Assembly: GCF_004010195.1 (NCBI RefSeq)
Contig: NC_057718.1
Coordinates: 104,436,828-104,500,827 of the forward strand
Source of the DNA: Chiloscyllium plagiosum
Taxonomy: Eukaryota
Length of the DNA stretch: 64,000 nt
Reading direction: 5' to 3'
Shown here: piece by piece, positions 1-11,782 of the stretch
Layout of the letters: the number at the start of each line of letters is the position of its first letter
How positions within the stretch are numbered: position 1 is the stretch's first letter
Notes under the pieces: model-generated
The model's database searches: none
What the model saw: the letters and a program-made list of their open reading frames with translations, nothing else
What the model was told of the DNA's origin: nothing
Program-made: the position numbers and the translations under genes

Positions 1-119
1 AGAGGGAATAGAGAGAGACATCAGAGGGCAAGGGGAGCAAGAGAGAGAAAACAGGAGAGAAAAAGAGAGAAAAAAAGAGAGAGCAAGAAAACAGGCAGAG
101 AGCTAGCAAGCAATGCATT

Positions 120-885
120 GGCAGGGAAAGACCTCAGGAATCTGGGCCACAAAGGGACTTGGGAATCCTAGTTCAGGATTGTCTGAAGGTTAACACACAC
201 GTTCAGTTGGCAGTTAGGAAGGCAAATGCAATGTTAGCTTTCATTTTAAGAGGGGCTAGAATACAAGAGCAGAGATGAACTGCTGAGGGTGTTTCAGGCT
301 GCATTTGGGCTGCTTTTGGAACATTGAGAGTGGTTTTGGGTGTCATATCTAAGGAAGGAAGTGCTGGTGTTGCAGGGGGATCTACAGGTGGTTTACAAGG
401 ATGATCCTGGGGGTGAAAGGCTTGTCATGTGAGGAGCGGTTGAGGACCCTGGGTCTGTACTGGAAGGATCTTGGGGGGTGGGGGGGGGAGAAGAGGTGGG
501 GTGCTGGATCTGATTGAAACTTACAGAATCCTGAGGGGCCTGGATAGAGTGGACGTGGAGAATATGTTTCTATGAGTAGGAAAGACTAGGGCCCGAGGGC
601 ACAGCCTCAGGATGAAGGGACAACCCTTTAGAACTGAGATGAGGAGGAATTTCTTCAGCCAGAGGGTGGGGAATCTGCGGAGCTTATTGATGCAGAGGGC
701 TGTGGAGAGCAAATAATTGAGTGTATTTAAGATTGAGATCGGTTGGTGTTTTGTAAGGGGATGAAAGGTTATGGGGAGAAGGCAAAAACATGGGGTTGAG
801 AAACATATCAGCCACGATCGAATGGTGGAGCAGACTGGATGGGTTGAATGGCCTAATTCTGCTCCTATATCTCATGGTCATATGA
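120..885 (+). mobile_element. CR1-clade LINE 3' fragment (decayed)
   Basis: Contains gggacttggg, ggcaaatgcaatgttagc, aggaggaatttcttcagccagagggtgg and the tail gaatggcctaattctgctcctatatctcatgg. Homologous to 58900-59595. Confidence 0.85.
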
Positions 886-2075
886 AGCACTGGGAGTGTG
901 GGGGGGGGCAGGGCAAGGGGAAGGGAGAGGACTATTTATGAAACAGACATCAGCAGATAGCTTTAGAGCAGCAGATGAGACTGTATACCGAGTATGCTTG
1001 GCTTTGTACGATACACCAATAGATCACTCTGGCAGCTAGTCTGGGAGCAGCTGCTAATTGATAGTTTGACAGAAGAGCAGAGGAAATCACCTTTGAACCC
1101 AGCTTCCTGCTCCTCTCTTCATAACATGGTGACAAAGCACTGGAAGTGAATGAGATGCTGTGTGTTAACCCCTGCCCGGAGACACAGCCTTTGCTGATTG
1201 CTTACAGCCCAGAAAGATCGAAATAGCAAAGCTTAAGCCACTCTGTCTCTGCTTATTTCAGAGTTTTAATCCCATGACAAACAAACTTAGATCATGGTGC
1301 TTCCACAGAAAATAGTTCCTCACCAGTGAAGGAGACAATGTCAAGTTATAATTTTATTTCAAAATACACCCCCCACACTAGTCAAACCTCCAAAAACACT
1401 GCAATGTGTGTTACCGAACTCCACAAATATCACAAATGGCAAAGGTAAGGGACACCTTCCTTTTTGTGACACATTTCCTTTGTCATAAAGTCAGAGCACC
1501 TCTGCAGAGTATCAACCTCTAATTACTCCAAACGATTAATGGGTCGCTATGTCACAGGAACCACGCAGAGGGGCAAACACGGTGAGGGGGGGGGGGGAGG
1601 CCCTTGAAGAAAACTCAAGTATTCTCCACCCCCTCCCGGGTATAGGGGACAGCAGGTGAGGAATGGCAGGGCATGACGAGCTGGTGAAATGATCCCTTTT
1701 ACCTGGAGGTCTCAAGGGCATGGGAGAGATTCCCACCCATTACCTTGGGTCTGAGGACAGCATTCTGCAACAGCAGACACATTCACACCGGATTCAGATC
1801 CTTTTCCTCCTCGCAGTGAAGCTGTCTCAGTGCAGGTATTTTGTCACCAGCGTGCACAGGTGTGGCATCTCTCGGCTCACTGCAAAGCTTTCGCAGGGAC
1901 ACTAGGACAGAAGGAAGTCACTTCTGCAGGAACCTTGGTGCACGGCTGCTCTGTTCAGCAGCCTACTCAGCTCTGGTACTGAAGGGGCAGAATCCCATCC
2001 ATCCAATTACAGCAAAGCAGAAATCCATCGACTAATGTGGATGAAGCATGCAGACTGGGTGCTGGCCATCACTCG

Positions 2076-2382
2076 GACACAGTGACTCAGTGGTTAGCAC
2101 TGCTGCCTCACAGCATCAGGGTCCCAGGTTCAATTCCATCCTCAGGTGACTGTCTGTGTGGAGTTTGCACATTCTCCACGTGTCTGCGTGGGTTTCCTCC
2201 GGTTTCCTCTCCCACAGTCCAAAGACGTGAAGGTTAGGGTGAATTGGCCATGCAAAATTATCCCATTGTGTGAGGTGCATTAGTCAGAGGGAAATGGCTC
2301 AGGATGGGTTATTCTTCGGAGGGTCGGTGTGGACTGGTTGGGCCGAAGGGCCTGTTTCCACACTGTAGGGAATCTAATCTCA
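2076..2382 (+). mobile_element. HE1-like V-SINE (tRNA-derived)
   Basis: A box gactcagtggttagc, B box ggttcaattcc, V-domain gtggagtttgcacattctcc..gggtttcctcc, and aatct tail. Confidence 0.9.
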
Positions 2383-2623
2383 TCACAAAGCCAGAAGGTA
2401 CAAAGCACCTTCAGATGGGAACAGTTGGGTCACTAGATAAAAGTATTCCCCACCCCTGGATCCCATCAGGACATTGTGACTGGCTTCAGGCCACCCTGCT
2501 CCTTAAAGTCCCTGAACATTTGGAAAAACATTGTTAGCAACAACACAAGGAGGCCATTCAGTCCCACGAGCCAGTGCCTTCTGTCAGATCGCTGATGTCT
2601 ACTCCAAGGAAGAGAAGTAAGAT

Positions 2624-2850
2624 CTGCATTCATATAGCACCTTTCATGACCATTTCCAAAAGCACTTTACAACCAATCAGGCACTCTCAAAATATACTCT
2701 TAGTTAGAAATGTAGGAAACAGGTAGTCAATTTGTACACAGCAAGCTCTCAACAATAACGTGAGAGATCAGAGCCACCTGTTTCAGTGATGTTGATCGAG
2801 GGATAGATATTGACCCAGGGAACAGAGGAAATCTTCCCAGCTCTCCTTCA
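2624..2850 (-). mobile_element. Deu-domain SINE (SacSINE1/AmnSINE1-like) relic
   Basis: tgcattcatatagcacctttcatgacc..tgtaggaaac..tttgtacacagcaagc is the reverse complement of the DeuSINE core and tail. Related copies at about 11790-12080 (+) and 42780-43080 (-). Confidence 0.65.
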
Positions 2851-4580
2851 ATCCAATCAGCTCATCCATTTAACCTTATCCCCGTACCCTTTTGCTTACT
2901 TGCTCAACAATAACTGAGTGATCTCAGTGGATCCACCAGCCTCCCACACCTCCGTCCATAGCTGAGAGGGATGTGAGCAATGTTCCTAATGTTTACTGGT
3001 GTATGCAGTAGTTCTTGCTAAATACACTCTCGCTTCCTTATTCTGTATTCCCCATGGAAATATTTCCTCTTCATCCACTCAGTCAAATCCGCTCCTCATT
3101 TTCAACACCTCAAATCAGATCATTGGTTAACGTTCTAGATACAATAGGACAGAAGCCAGGCTTGTGTACCCTCTCCACTGTCCAGTCCCGTAAAGCCCAG
3201 TCCCATTCTGATCAATATCAGACACGGCCCGTGAACAGGACCGAGACTGCCTTCAGAGTAGTGCACTGCTCCCGATGGCCACTGATCTCAGTTTGTACGA
3301 CTGAAGCTGAACACGAATGAGAGAGATGTGATAAACTCAGATACAGTGACAACTTTCACGTGGAACCAACCACAACTTATGAAGCAGACAGAAGTGGCAT
3401 TCAGCCAGCCGTGTACTGGACCAAGTCATTAAATCTTTTCAGTTACTGTTTTGTGGCACCTCCTGCTGATTGGTTCATAATTTACATCTTATTATGCTGC
3501 TCACTAAGGGCTTGTGTGCCACACAGGAATTTTCTGCAAATGTCTTCTCTTTCAATATTGGTGTCCTTCATCACCCCAGATCACTTTGGGGGTCTGTATA
3601 TGCATGTGCTTGCACATGTGCACATGCGTGCAGGGGGTGTGGTACTAAGGCGGCATTACACATCAATATCTTTCACTGTCTTTGAACTCCCATTCATTAA
3701 CAACTGCAGCCAACATACATTATTTAGGGTTAAGGTTTAAAAAATAGTTGAAATGATTCTGCCAGAAACATCTTTTGAAAAAAGAACTGATTGCTGTACC
3801 ATACAACATGACTTGACTACAGAGATTTCTTTAGGTGAATATCATGTCCTGTCAGGAAATACAATGCCAGAATTCAGCTTGAAAGATACAGCAATCTACA
3901 TTTCTACAATCTAATTCATTTACCAATTCCAAAACACTTCTAGACATTTCATTATTGACAAATACACTAGAATGACTGAACAACAATACAGACAAGGGAC
4001 AGAGCCACAAATCCGGTACTGCTAAACTGTAAATTAATCATACAATTCATTTGAATGACTTTTGCACATTATTTACAATGTCAAAATAAAGAGAACTTGT
4101 GACTGGGACGATACCTGGAACAGACTCCCATTACTCAACAACAAAAAACAAATTTTGCATTCACAATGATACAGGAAGCTTTAGTAATTTCCTCCCACTG
4201 AGAACGTTAGACTAAAGTGTCTACACACTGTGGTTTCAGATAAGACCATCTCTTTGAAACTTTGAATGTTTAAGCTTCAAGTTCATGGTCACCCACAGTA
4301 ATGAGTCCACCAGACGTCACACTTTTAAATCAGTCACAAGATTCAGACTTGCTCATCAAAACATTGACACATTTTTACAGTTTTCAATCCCAGAAAAGCC
4401 ATTCACAAACATTGTATTGTTCTGCCTCCCAGAATTCCAAGTTGTCAGCCGATGTCCTGAACTTTCTCACGATTTGAACAGTAAGTCCAATTCATTTGAG
4501 TGACAGATGTTAAAATTAATCCCTCAACTTGGTACAAGTAAATAAGAAAATAGCCAATGTTGGCAGTAGCTCGTACTTAC

Positions 4581-4645
4581 TGTAAAAACATCATCATCAC
4601 CGACCTCCACTTCATTCTGAATTGTTGAAGATGATGTTGTTGACC
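4581..4645 (-). CDS. SPRED2: SPRED2-like coding exon 4, 65 nt
   Basis: Read manually (not in the ORF track): ctttcag|GG TCA ACA ACA TCA TCT TCA ACA ATT CAG AAT GAA GTG GAG GTC GGT GAT GAT GAT GTT TTT ACA|gtaagt = GSTTSSSTIQNEVEVGDDDVFT, a SPRED2-type linker. Phase matches exon 3. Confidence 0.93.
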
Positions 4646-4858
4646 CTGAAAGAAAGGGCACCATTAAAACCAAAATCACACAAAGTGGTTACAGAATAGC
4701 AGCAACGTTACTGTCTAAGTAACCGCTTACTGTGAATATTACGGGAGAGAAGTGGTTTTGAACTGGACAGAGCGGTCAGAGGAGCCATGCCCTTCCTCAT
4801 TAGAAGATCAACACCAGGTTGTCCCTCAGTGAAAAGGGACCATTGCCTTCAATCCTCT

Positions 4859-5007
4859 AGGAGAAAGTGAGGTCTGCAGATGCTGGGGATCGGAGCTGGA
4901 AATGTGTTGCTGGAAAAGCGCAGCAGGTCAGGCAGCATCCAGGGAACAGGAGAATCGACGTTTCGGGCATAAGCCTTTCTGAAGGGCTTATGCCTGAAAC
5001 GTCGATT
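4859..5007. mobile_element. Short palindromic PLE-derived insert (family 1) with 12-bp target-site duplication
   Basis: Inverted repeat agaatcgacgtttcgggcataagcc / ggcttatgcctgaaacgtcgattct. Flanked by cttcaatcctct at 4847-4858 and 5008-5019. Confidence 0.8.
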
Positions 5008-5651
5008 CTTCAATCCTCTGACCAATGCAAGACTTTATAACAACAGGCTTGCAAAAGGGTGGGGGTGGGGCAGATCAGATAGAAAATAAATTGCAAAATA
5101 AGATGATGTAGGACCCAGGGCTCAGCAGCACCCTTGAAATCTCAGCCAAACTAATCCTGCAAAGGTTCCTGGAAACATGCTCACTACGCACAGGGAAGTG
5201 TGCTCATTGGGTCAATTCAGATAATAGTGGGACACAGAGATGTGACTGAGAGAGGCCAATCGACATTATGGGCAACACACATCCTGACAAAATCATACTG
5301 TCAGAGAGAATTCAGTCGAAAAGACCCTGCCTGAACAATGGGACAGAATTTTTACACGGCAGAACATTCCTTCACAGAAACAAAATTGGACATTGAGTCA
5401 AAAACAAGGAGCTATTTTTCAAACTTTTCTATCTCTATTTCTTATGAAAACTCATGTAACGAAGGCAATAAGAGCAAATAAGTACCTCTGCAAACTAATC
5501 CTTTCCACAAAATGTCAATTATCTAATCAAAGTGAAATTCGGATCAGTATTAAAGCAAATATTTTATTCTGAGTCAGGCATTCTGCCTTGTTCAGTGTTT
5601 GAGCAGTTGATTGGTGCTACGTTGGACAGTCAGCAAAGTGGCAAAACATAC

Positions 5652-5820
5652 CTTCGGTCAGATCCTCGATCGCCTTCCTCACTCCTCGGTCAAACGCTCG
5701 TGCATCTGCAGGGCTCTGAAAGGTGAGTCCAAACCTCCTGTTGTCAACCATCCAATGGTGAAATGTCGGAGTTGCTTTAGTGTAAACCAGGTCTTTCTTT
5801 AAGAAGCATTCCAATACAAT
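5652..5820 (-). CDS. SPRED2: SPRED2-like coding exon 3 (EVH1 C-terminal half), 169 nt
   Basis: aag acceptor and gtatgt donor. Encodes [56 protein letters not shown](G). Phase 0 join to the previous exon. Confidence 0.96.
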
Positions 5821-7174
5821 CTTGTGCGAGAGGAAGAAACAAAACCATGAAAATAGAAAAGGAAAAGTGAGTACAGTCACGGCACAGAAAACAAACACCA
5901 GTATGCCAGTGCTTGGCTGGCTTCGACAACCTGAACACAGCCAATGACAAACCGTGCATTTTTAAGTGTCATCTTCAAACAGAGCACCTCCACCTCACTT
6001 AGTGACAGTCCCTGCAATTCCAGTTACAGTGTTAGGAAAGATTCGACTCAGTGTCTGGAAGAATAAGATCGCTTCTGGCTTACATGCTGTCTGATTTTAA
6101 ATAAACTTGTACACTTTGATCTGCAAAATCTATAGAATCATCATTTTTAATGGTTTGCACCTTATAAAGAGAACGTGTTTGTAAAGTTAGAGAAGTAGAA
6201 TTAAGCTGTATGTTATTAAATGGCACCAGGAATTGTATTGTTTAAAAACCCCCAATAATTCTAACTGAACACTCCCCGTCCATTTGACAGTAATATGATC
6301 CAATTCTATCACTGACCAGATGGGATAATGGAGGTGACAACAATTGATAACAGCTATGGCTGATTCAACATCACAAATCATCATCGACATCAGAGTGGTG
6401 ATATCCCGGGGCTAGTAAGCCTAACTTTCTGGGGAGAGGGTTTGAATCTCATCAAGGCAGTTGGTGGAATTTACATTCCATTAATAATCTCATTAAAGGC
6501 GAGATTAAACTACTGACTGTTGTAAAAACTCACCGGGTTTACTAATGTCCTTCAGAGAAGGAAATCTGTGCTGTGGCCAACATGTGAGTCCAGGCCCACA
6601 GCAATGTTAGGAGCCCTCCGGGCACTAAATTTGCAACATCCCCATCATGGAAGAATTAATAAACAAGGACAGAGAGATATGGCTCAACTATTTCCAGGTT
6701 TCACTGTCACGGCTCTGTACTGTGAGCAGGATTTCCTGGGGGACTGTGCCTGTTCTGATGGTACATGCTTTGAACAAGACAGGTTTGTCTAACAGGTTAA
6801 ACACCAGGTGCTTTGGACAGGGCCTTCATTTTAACAAAAGTGAAACAGGGAAATGAAGGAGGTTTAAACAGGAAACAAAATCTTTTATCAACACCATCCC
6901 TTAACCCATTTAAACACAGTGCTTTATGAAATGAAGCAAAATGTACAGAATGAGCAGCTTGATCCACACGATGGAGAAACAAGCAGAAAGTCTCATTAGG
7001 TGCAGTGGGACGGAGGCAGTGTTAGTTGCAAATACACTCCAGCCTGGGCCTATTTCTGAGCTGCATGTTCTATGAAATGCTGATACTGTCACAGAGGCCT
7101 ACAACACAAACAGACCTTTCAGCTCATCCGGTTACAATCTCCTAACGATTCTAATTCCATTGTCCAACCCTTAA

Positions 7175-7530
7175 GGTGGAGGCGATGGTTTAGTGGTGTT
7201 AATGCTAGACTGTAAACCCAGATCGAATTAATCCCAGATCTAATCCTGCCACAGCAGGTGGTGGAATCTGAACTCAATAATCTGGGATTAAGAATCTAGT
7301 AATGACCACGAAACAATTGTCAATAGTTGGAAAACTCCATCTGGGTCACTAACGTCCTTTAGGGAAGGAAACTGCCATCCTTACCTGGTCTGGCCTAAAT
7401 GTGACTCTGGACCCACAGCAATGTGGTCGACTCTTAACTGCCCCTCTGAAATAGGTGAGCAAACCCCTCAGTTAATGGGTGGATAGGGATGGACAGCAAC
7501 ACCCACATCCCATAAATGAATAAACAAAAA
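7175..7530 (+). mobile_element. tRNA-SINE with MER131/MetaSINE-like core
   Basis: tRNA-like head, core cactaacgtcctttagggaaggaaactgccatccttacctggtctggcc..cccacagcaatgtgg, and A-rich tail. Further copies at about 6390-6660, 9340-9626, 17890-18085 and 50590-50895. Family name from recall. Confidence 0.7.
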
Positions 7531-8398
7531 AAGATGGCCCACAGCCCCTGCATTCTAAGTGACCATCGAAATCCTTCTTCAATGTGGTGGGAGTTCCTGC
7601 CTCTCCCAACCTCACAGAGCAGTGAGTTCTGCATGCTGGGTGAAAAAGGGCTTTCCTTACTGCAAGATGCTCAGGTTCTTTCTAGAAGTCAGCCACTGCA
7701 GAGTTTGTCTGATTGTGGGACAAGTCCAGCAATCTAAGTACAATATTACCATCTCGTTGTGCAAAATAACTCAACGACACCCATTCTACAATCACACTAA
7801 CACCAGATGCTCACATCATCGCAGCAGTGTTATCAGAGAATGAAACCCAAACCAGATTTCTATCTCCCAGTCCCCTACGCAGGAGGAGGTTGTTTTCCTG
7901 AAATGATTGTACAATTTATCTTCAATGATATCCAAAATATTCTGAGTTCATTGGTTGATTGTTGATCTCTTCCTAGCTCCCCACACTGAAGGATCCAGGT
8001 AATGGGGGGAGGGGTGGAGCTGATGGTCGATGTTACATGAACAGTGGAGTTTTGGGGCAGAATGTGGCAGTGGGACAACAAATACTGCAATTTCCTCATG
8101 AGTGGCCCCTCCTGGTCTATTTCCATCAGGGGGCCACAGTCTTAGAGACAGCAGCTCAATGATAATGATGGCATCACTGACAACAGGGACAGGTAGACAG
8201 ACAGAACAGCCAACATACTATTTGCAAAACAAATGGTCAAAGTATCGCATCAGGAGCCTGCCAACTACACCAAAGGCCAGAAAACAGAATTGGTCATAAA
8301 TGGTCAGAGTGATTTCTTCGATTTGAAGGATACAAGTGTTCCTTTAACATTGAAAGATATCATTTATTGGGCTTCCTCACAGACATTGTTCGACTTAC

Positions 8399-8570
8399 CA
8401 GCTTGTCTCGAAGTCGTTCGCCATGGATCAGAAAATCACTTCTGCCAGTGCCGTCTGGTTGTGTGACCTTACAAACGCCAACACGACTGAGACCACCTCC
8501 ATCCTGTGGTAACCACCCTGAGTCATCTCTGGTCATAACCACAGCTTTGACACGTACAACGTAGCTGTCA
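8399..8570 (-). CDS. SPRED2: SPRED2-like coding exon 2 (EVH1 N-terminal half), 172 nt
   Basis: tttgcag acceptor and gtaagt donor. Encodes [57 protein letters not shown], matching the vertebrate SPRED2 EVH1 domain. Orthologue vs paralogue not resolved. Confidence 0.95.
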
Positions 8571-8769
8571 CTGCAAAATAAAAACAGACCAGAGTCAGGT
8601 AGGATCCCATTGCCCATTAGAGCTTTTCAATCAACCCAGAGAACCCAAAACACAGAATTAGCACGAGGTTCATCAATGAAATGTCTCTCTTTATAACCAT
8701 ATAATCCAGTAGAGTTCAGTGAATAATTCAAAGACCTTGCTCCAAGATTAGTGGGGGGGACCAGAAAAC

Positions 8770-9012
8770 AGACAAAAGCAAACTACGGTGGATGCTGGAA
8801 ATATGGGACAAAACCAGAAAGTGCTGGAGAAACTCAGCAGGTTTGACAGCGTCTGTGGAGAGAAAAACAGAGTTAACACTTCTACTCCAATGACGCTTTT
8901 TCAGTTGGGAAATGTTAACTCTTGTTTCTCCACAAAGGCTGCCAGACATGCTGAGTTTCTCCAGCAATTTCAGTTTTTGTCCCCAATTTCCAACAACCAC
9001 CATAGTTTGCTT
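8770..9012. mobile_element. Palindromic PLE-derived repeat (family 3)
   Basis: Inverted arms gctggagaaactcagcaggtttgacagc..gtggagagaaaaacagagttaaca / tgttaactcttgtttctccaca..gccagacatgctgagtttctccagc. Other full or half copies at about 31385-31493, 35213-35306, 36580-36672, 40820-40975, 44500-44632, 53288-53480 and 61066-61242. Confidence 0.75.
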
Positions 9013-9626
9013 TCGTCTAACTGTTTTCTGGTCTCCCTTTTCTATTCCAGAGAAAGGCTCTTGAATCTCCAAAACACCCAACAGGATCTTATTTAAGACA
9101 AAACAAAAATGCAAGTTATCTCCAAATCACTAAAAAGCTAAAGGTACAGAACTTGGTTTGATTGCTATTAGTTACTGAAAAATCGCAAGCTGAACTTTTT
9201 TTTTAAAAACACACACACAGGTCATACGGATGTGGGTGGCTCTGTCGAACTCAGTATTTATTATCCATCTGCAATGAGTCCAGTGAAGGTAATGGTGAAC
9301 TGCTTTCCGGATTACTGCCAAAGGATCTTGAGGGGTGGAGGAGCAAAGACCTTGGAGCCAGTGATCCAGAGGTGTCGACTAAATCTCCAGGGACACAGCA
9401 GCTACTGGATTTTGAAATTCAATTAATAAATCTGAAGTATGAAGCTAATCTCAGTTACGATGACCATGAAATAGTTATAAAAACCCATTGATTCACCAAC
9501 GTCCTTTAGGGAAGGAAATCTGCTGTCCCTACTTTGGATGGTTTACATGGGAGTCCAGCCTCACAGCAATGTGGGGGTGTATTTACCGCCCACTGGGCAA
9601 TTAGGGATGGGCAATAAGTGTTGGCC

Positions 9627-10126
9627 NNNNNNNNNNNNNNNNNNNNNNNNNNNNNNNNNNNNNNNNNNNNNNNNNNNNNNNNNNNNNNNNNNNNNNNNNN
9701 NNNNNNNNNNNNNNNNNNNNNNNNNNNNNNNNNNNNNNNNNNNNNNNNNNNNNNNNNNNNNNNNNNNNNNNNNNNNNNNNNNNNNNNNNNNNNNNNNNNN
9801 NNNNNNNNNNNNNNNNNNNNNNNNNNNNNNNNNNNNNNNNNNNNNNNNNNNNNNNNNNNNNNNNNNNNNNNNNNNNNNNNNNNNNNNNNNNNNNNNNNNN
9901 NNNNNNNNNNNNNNNNNNNNNNNNNNNNNNNNNNNNNNNNNNNNNNNNNNNNNNNNNNNNNNNNNNNNNNNNNNNNNNNNNNNNNNNNNNNNNNNNNNNN
10001 NNNNNNNNNNNNNNNNNNNNNNNNNNNNNNNNNNNNNNNNNNNNNNNNNNNNNNNNNNNNNNNNNNNNNNNNNNNNNNNNNNNNNNNNNNNNNNNNNNNN
10101 NNNNNNNNNNNNNNNNNNNNNNNNNN
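9627..10126. other. Assembly gap (500 N)
   Basis: Exactly 500 N, a fixed-size scaffolding gap. Abuts a SINE tail. Confidence 0.99.
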
Positions 10127-10529
10127 CAGACACACTAACTCAGGTGAGTTCAGGTCCAGTAGGGATTTGAATGTCCAGACTACATTGCAACCAGAACAGA
10201 GCTGGAGACAAATCAGGAACAGGGAGCTGGAATATTGTAAAAACAAGATGTGAAAGTAACACAAAATGTCCTGGTGGACCTGAATTTCTCCCACCAAATT
10301 GTAGAGATTCCTATTGATTTACAAAAGGCAGATTTTTGCCTCATGTGCGACAGTCTGCCTGGTGTGTCATGTTTCACTGTCTGATTCCGATTTTATAAAA
10401 ACAATTTGAGAGAGGGAGGAAGGAGTTCACTCTGGGACAGGTAGGAGTCAAACATAGGGACGGTTTGCTAATCTCTGTAATCTCCAACATGCATGACTCA
10501 GCTTCCTGAAGTAAACAGGTTTGAAACAA

Positions 10530-10720
10530 GATCAGAAGTCAGATAACACCAGGTTATAGTCCAACCGTTTTATGTGAAACCACAAACTTTCGGAGCGCTG
10601 CTCCTTCATCAGGTGAGCGTCAGGGCCAGTGCTCCAAAAGCCTGTGATTTCAAATACAACGGTTGGATATAACCTGGTGTTGTCTCATTTCTGACCTTGT
10701 CCACCCCAGTACCCCCACAC
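10530..10720. mobile_element. Palindromic PLE-derived repeat (family 2) with hammerhead-like core on the minus strand
   Basis: Arms aacaccaggttatagtccaaccgt / acggttggatataacctggtgtt. Second copy at about 40290-40445. Confidence 0.75.
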
Positions 10721-11214
10721 CAGGTGCTCTCTGGTATTTATAAAACGGGTCGAATGCATTATCAGAGTGCAGGCCAAAGAGTGAAACATTTTCCTAAGTG
10801 CGCTAGCTGTTCGTAACAAGCCCCGCTCAGTCCGTTTTGCTTGCCCAAGTCCAGGGAGCCTGAGCTTAGACTGAGAGTTGGGAGCTGAGTATTCAGAAAC
10901 TACACGGGGTGTGTGTGTGTGTGTGTGTGTGTGTGGGGGGGGGGTGGTGTTGGGGGAGAGAGGAGGTCCCAGCAGCTACTGGGACACAGCACATCCCAGC
11001 AGCATTAAAAAAACCAATGCCCCTCGAACACACAGCAGGAGGCTCTCCACTGTAACCCAGTGGGAGAAAACAGCTCCATGTTTAAAAACGTGGCTCGTTC
11101 ATATTGCTAGCTCTTTTGCAAACCATGGCAGCATCTGGGAAAACAATTGTTGCTACCAGCCATACCTCACCCAGCCCAGCACCCGAGTGAGAACATTCTG
11201 AAACTGCTCTGATC

Positions 11215-11782
11215 GTGAGGCCACTTTTAGAATACTGTGTGCAAGTCTGGTCTCCCTGCTGTAGGAAGGGAAAACTAGGTAGGGTTCACAAGTTAAACTG
11301 GAAAGGATTCAGAAAAAGATTTACAAGGATGTTGCCGGGGTTGGAAGGTTTGAGCTATAGGGAGGGATTGAATAAGCTGGGGCAGTTTTCCCTGGAGCGT
11401 CGGAGGCTGAGGGGTGACCTTATAGAGGTTTATAAAATCATGAGGCTCATGGATAGGATAAATAGACACAGTCTTTTCTCTGGCGTCGGGGAGTCCAGAA
11501 CTAGAGGAGCATAGGTTTAAGGTGAGACGGGAAAGAAGTAAAAGGGACCTAACTTTTTCACGCAGAGAGTGGTGTGTGTATGGAATGAGCTGCCAGAGGA
11601 AGTGGTGGAGGCTGGTACAATGACAACATTTAAAATGCATCTGGATGGGTATATGGATAGGAAGAGTTTTGAAGGAGATGGGTCAAATGCTGGCAAATGG
11701 GCCTAGTTTAGTTGGGGAACCTGGCTAGCATGGACAAGTTGGGCTGAAGGGTCTGTTTTCATGCTGTATGATTCTATGAGTT
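11215..11782 (+). mobile_element. CR1 LINE 3' fragment
   Basis: ORF2 C-terminus RPLLEYCVQVWSP..FTRMLPGLEGLSYREGL..LERRRLRGDLIEVYKIM, plus a ctatga-type tail. Confidence 0.92.

Noticed and set aside
1700..1905. Possible SPRED exon 5 (acceptor-like ctgtcctag, donor-like gtaatg)
   Set aside because: The required phase-0 frame hits TGA after 24 codons and has no TATDSSSNSS-like similarity. Exon 5 is probably outside the window.
9506..10297. Long ORFs across 9.5-10.3 kb (and 31.1-32.0 kb)
   Set aside because: Artefacts of translating N gaps.
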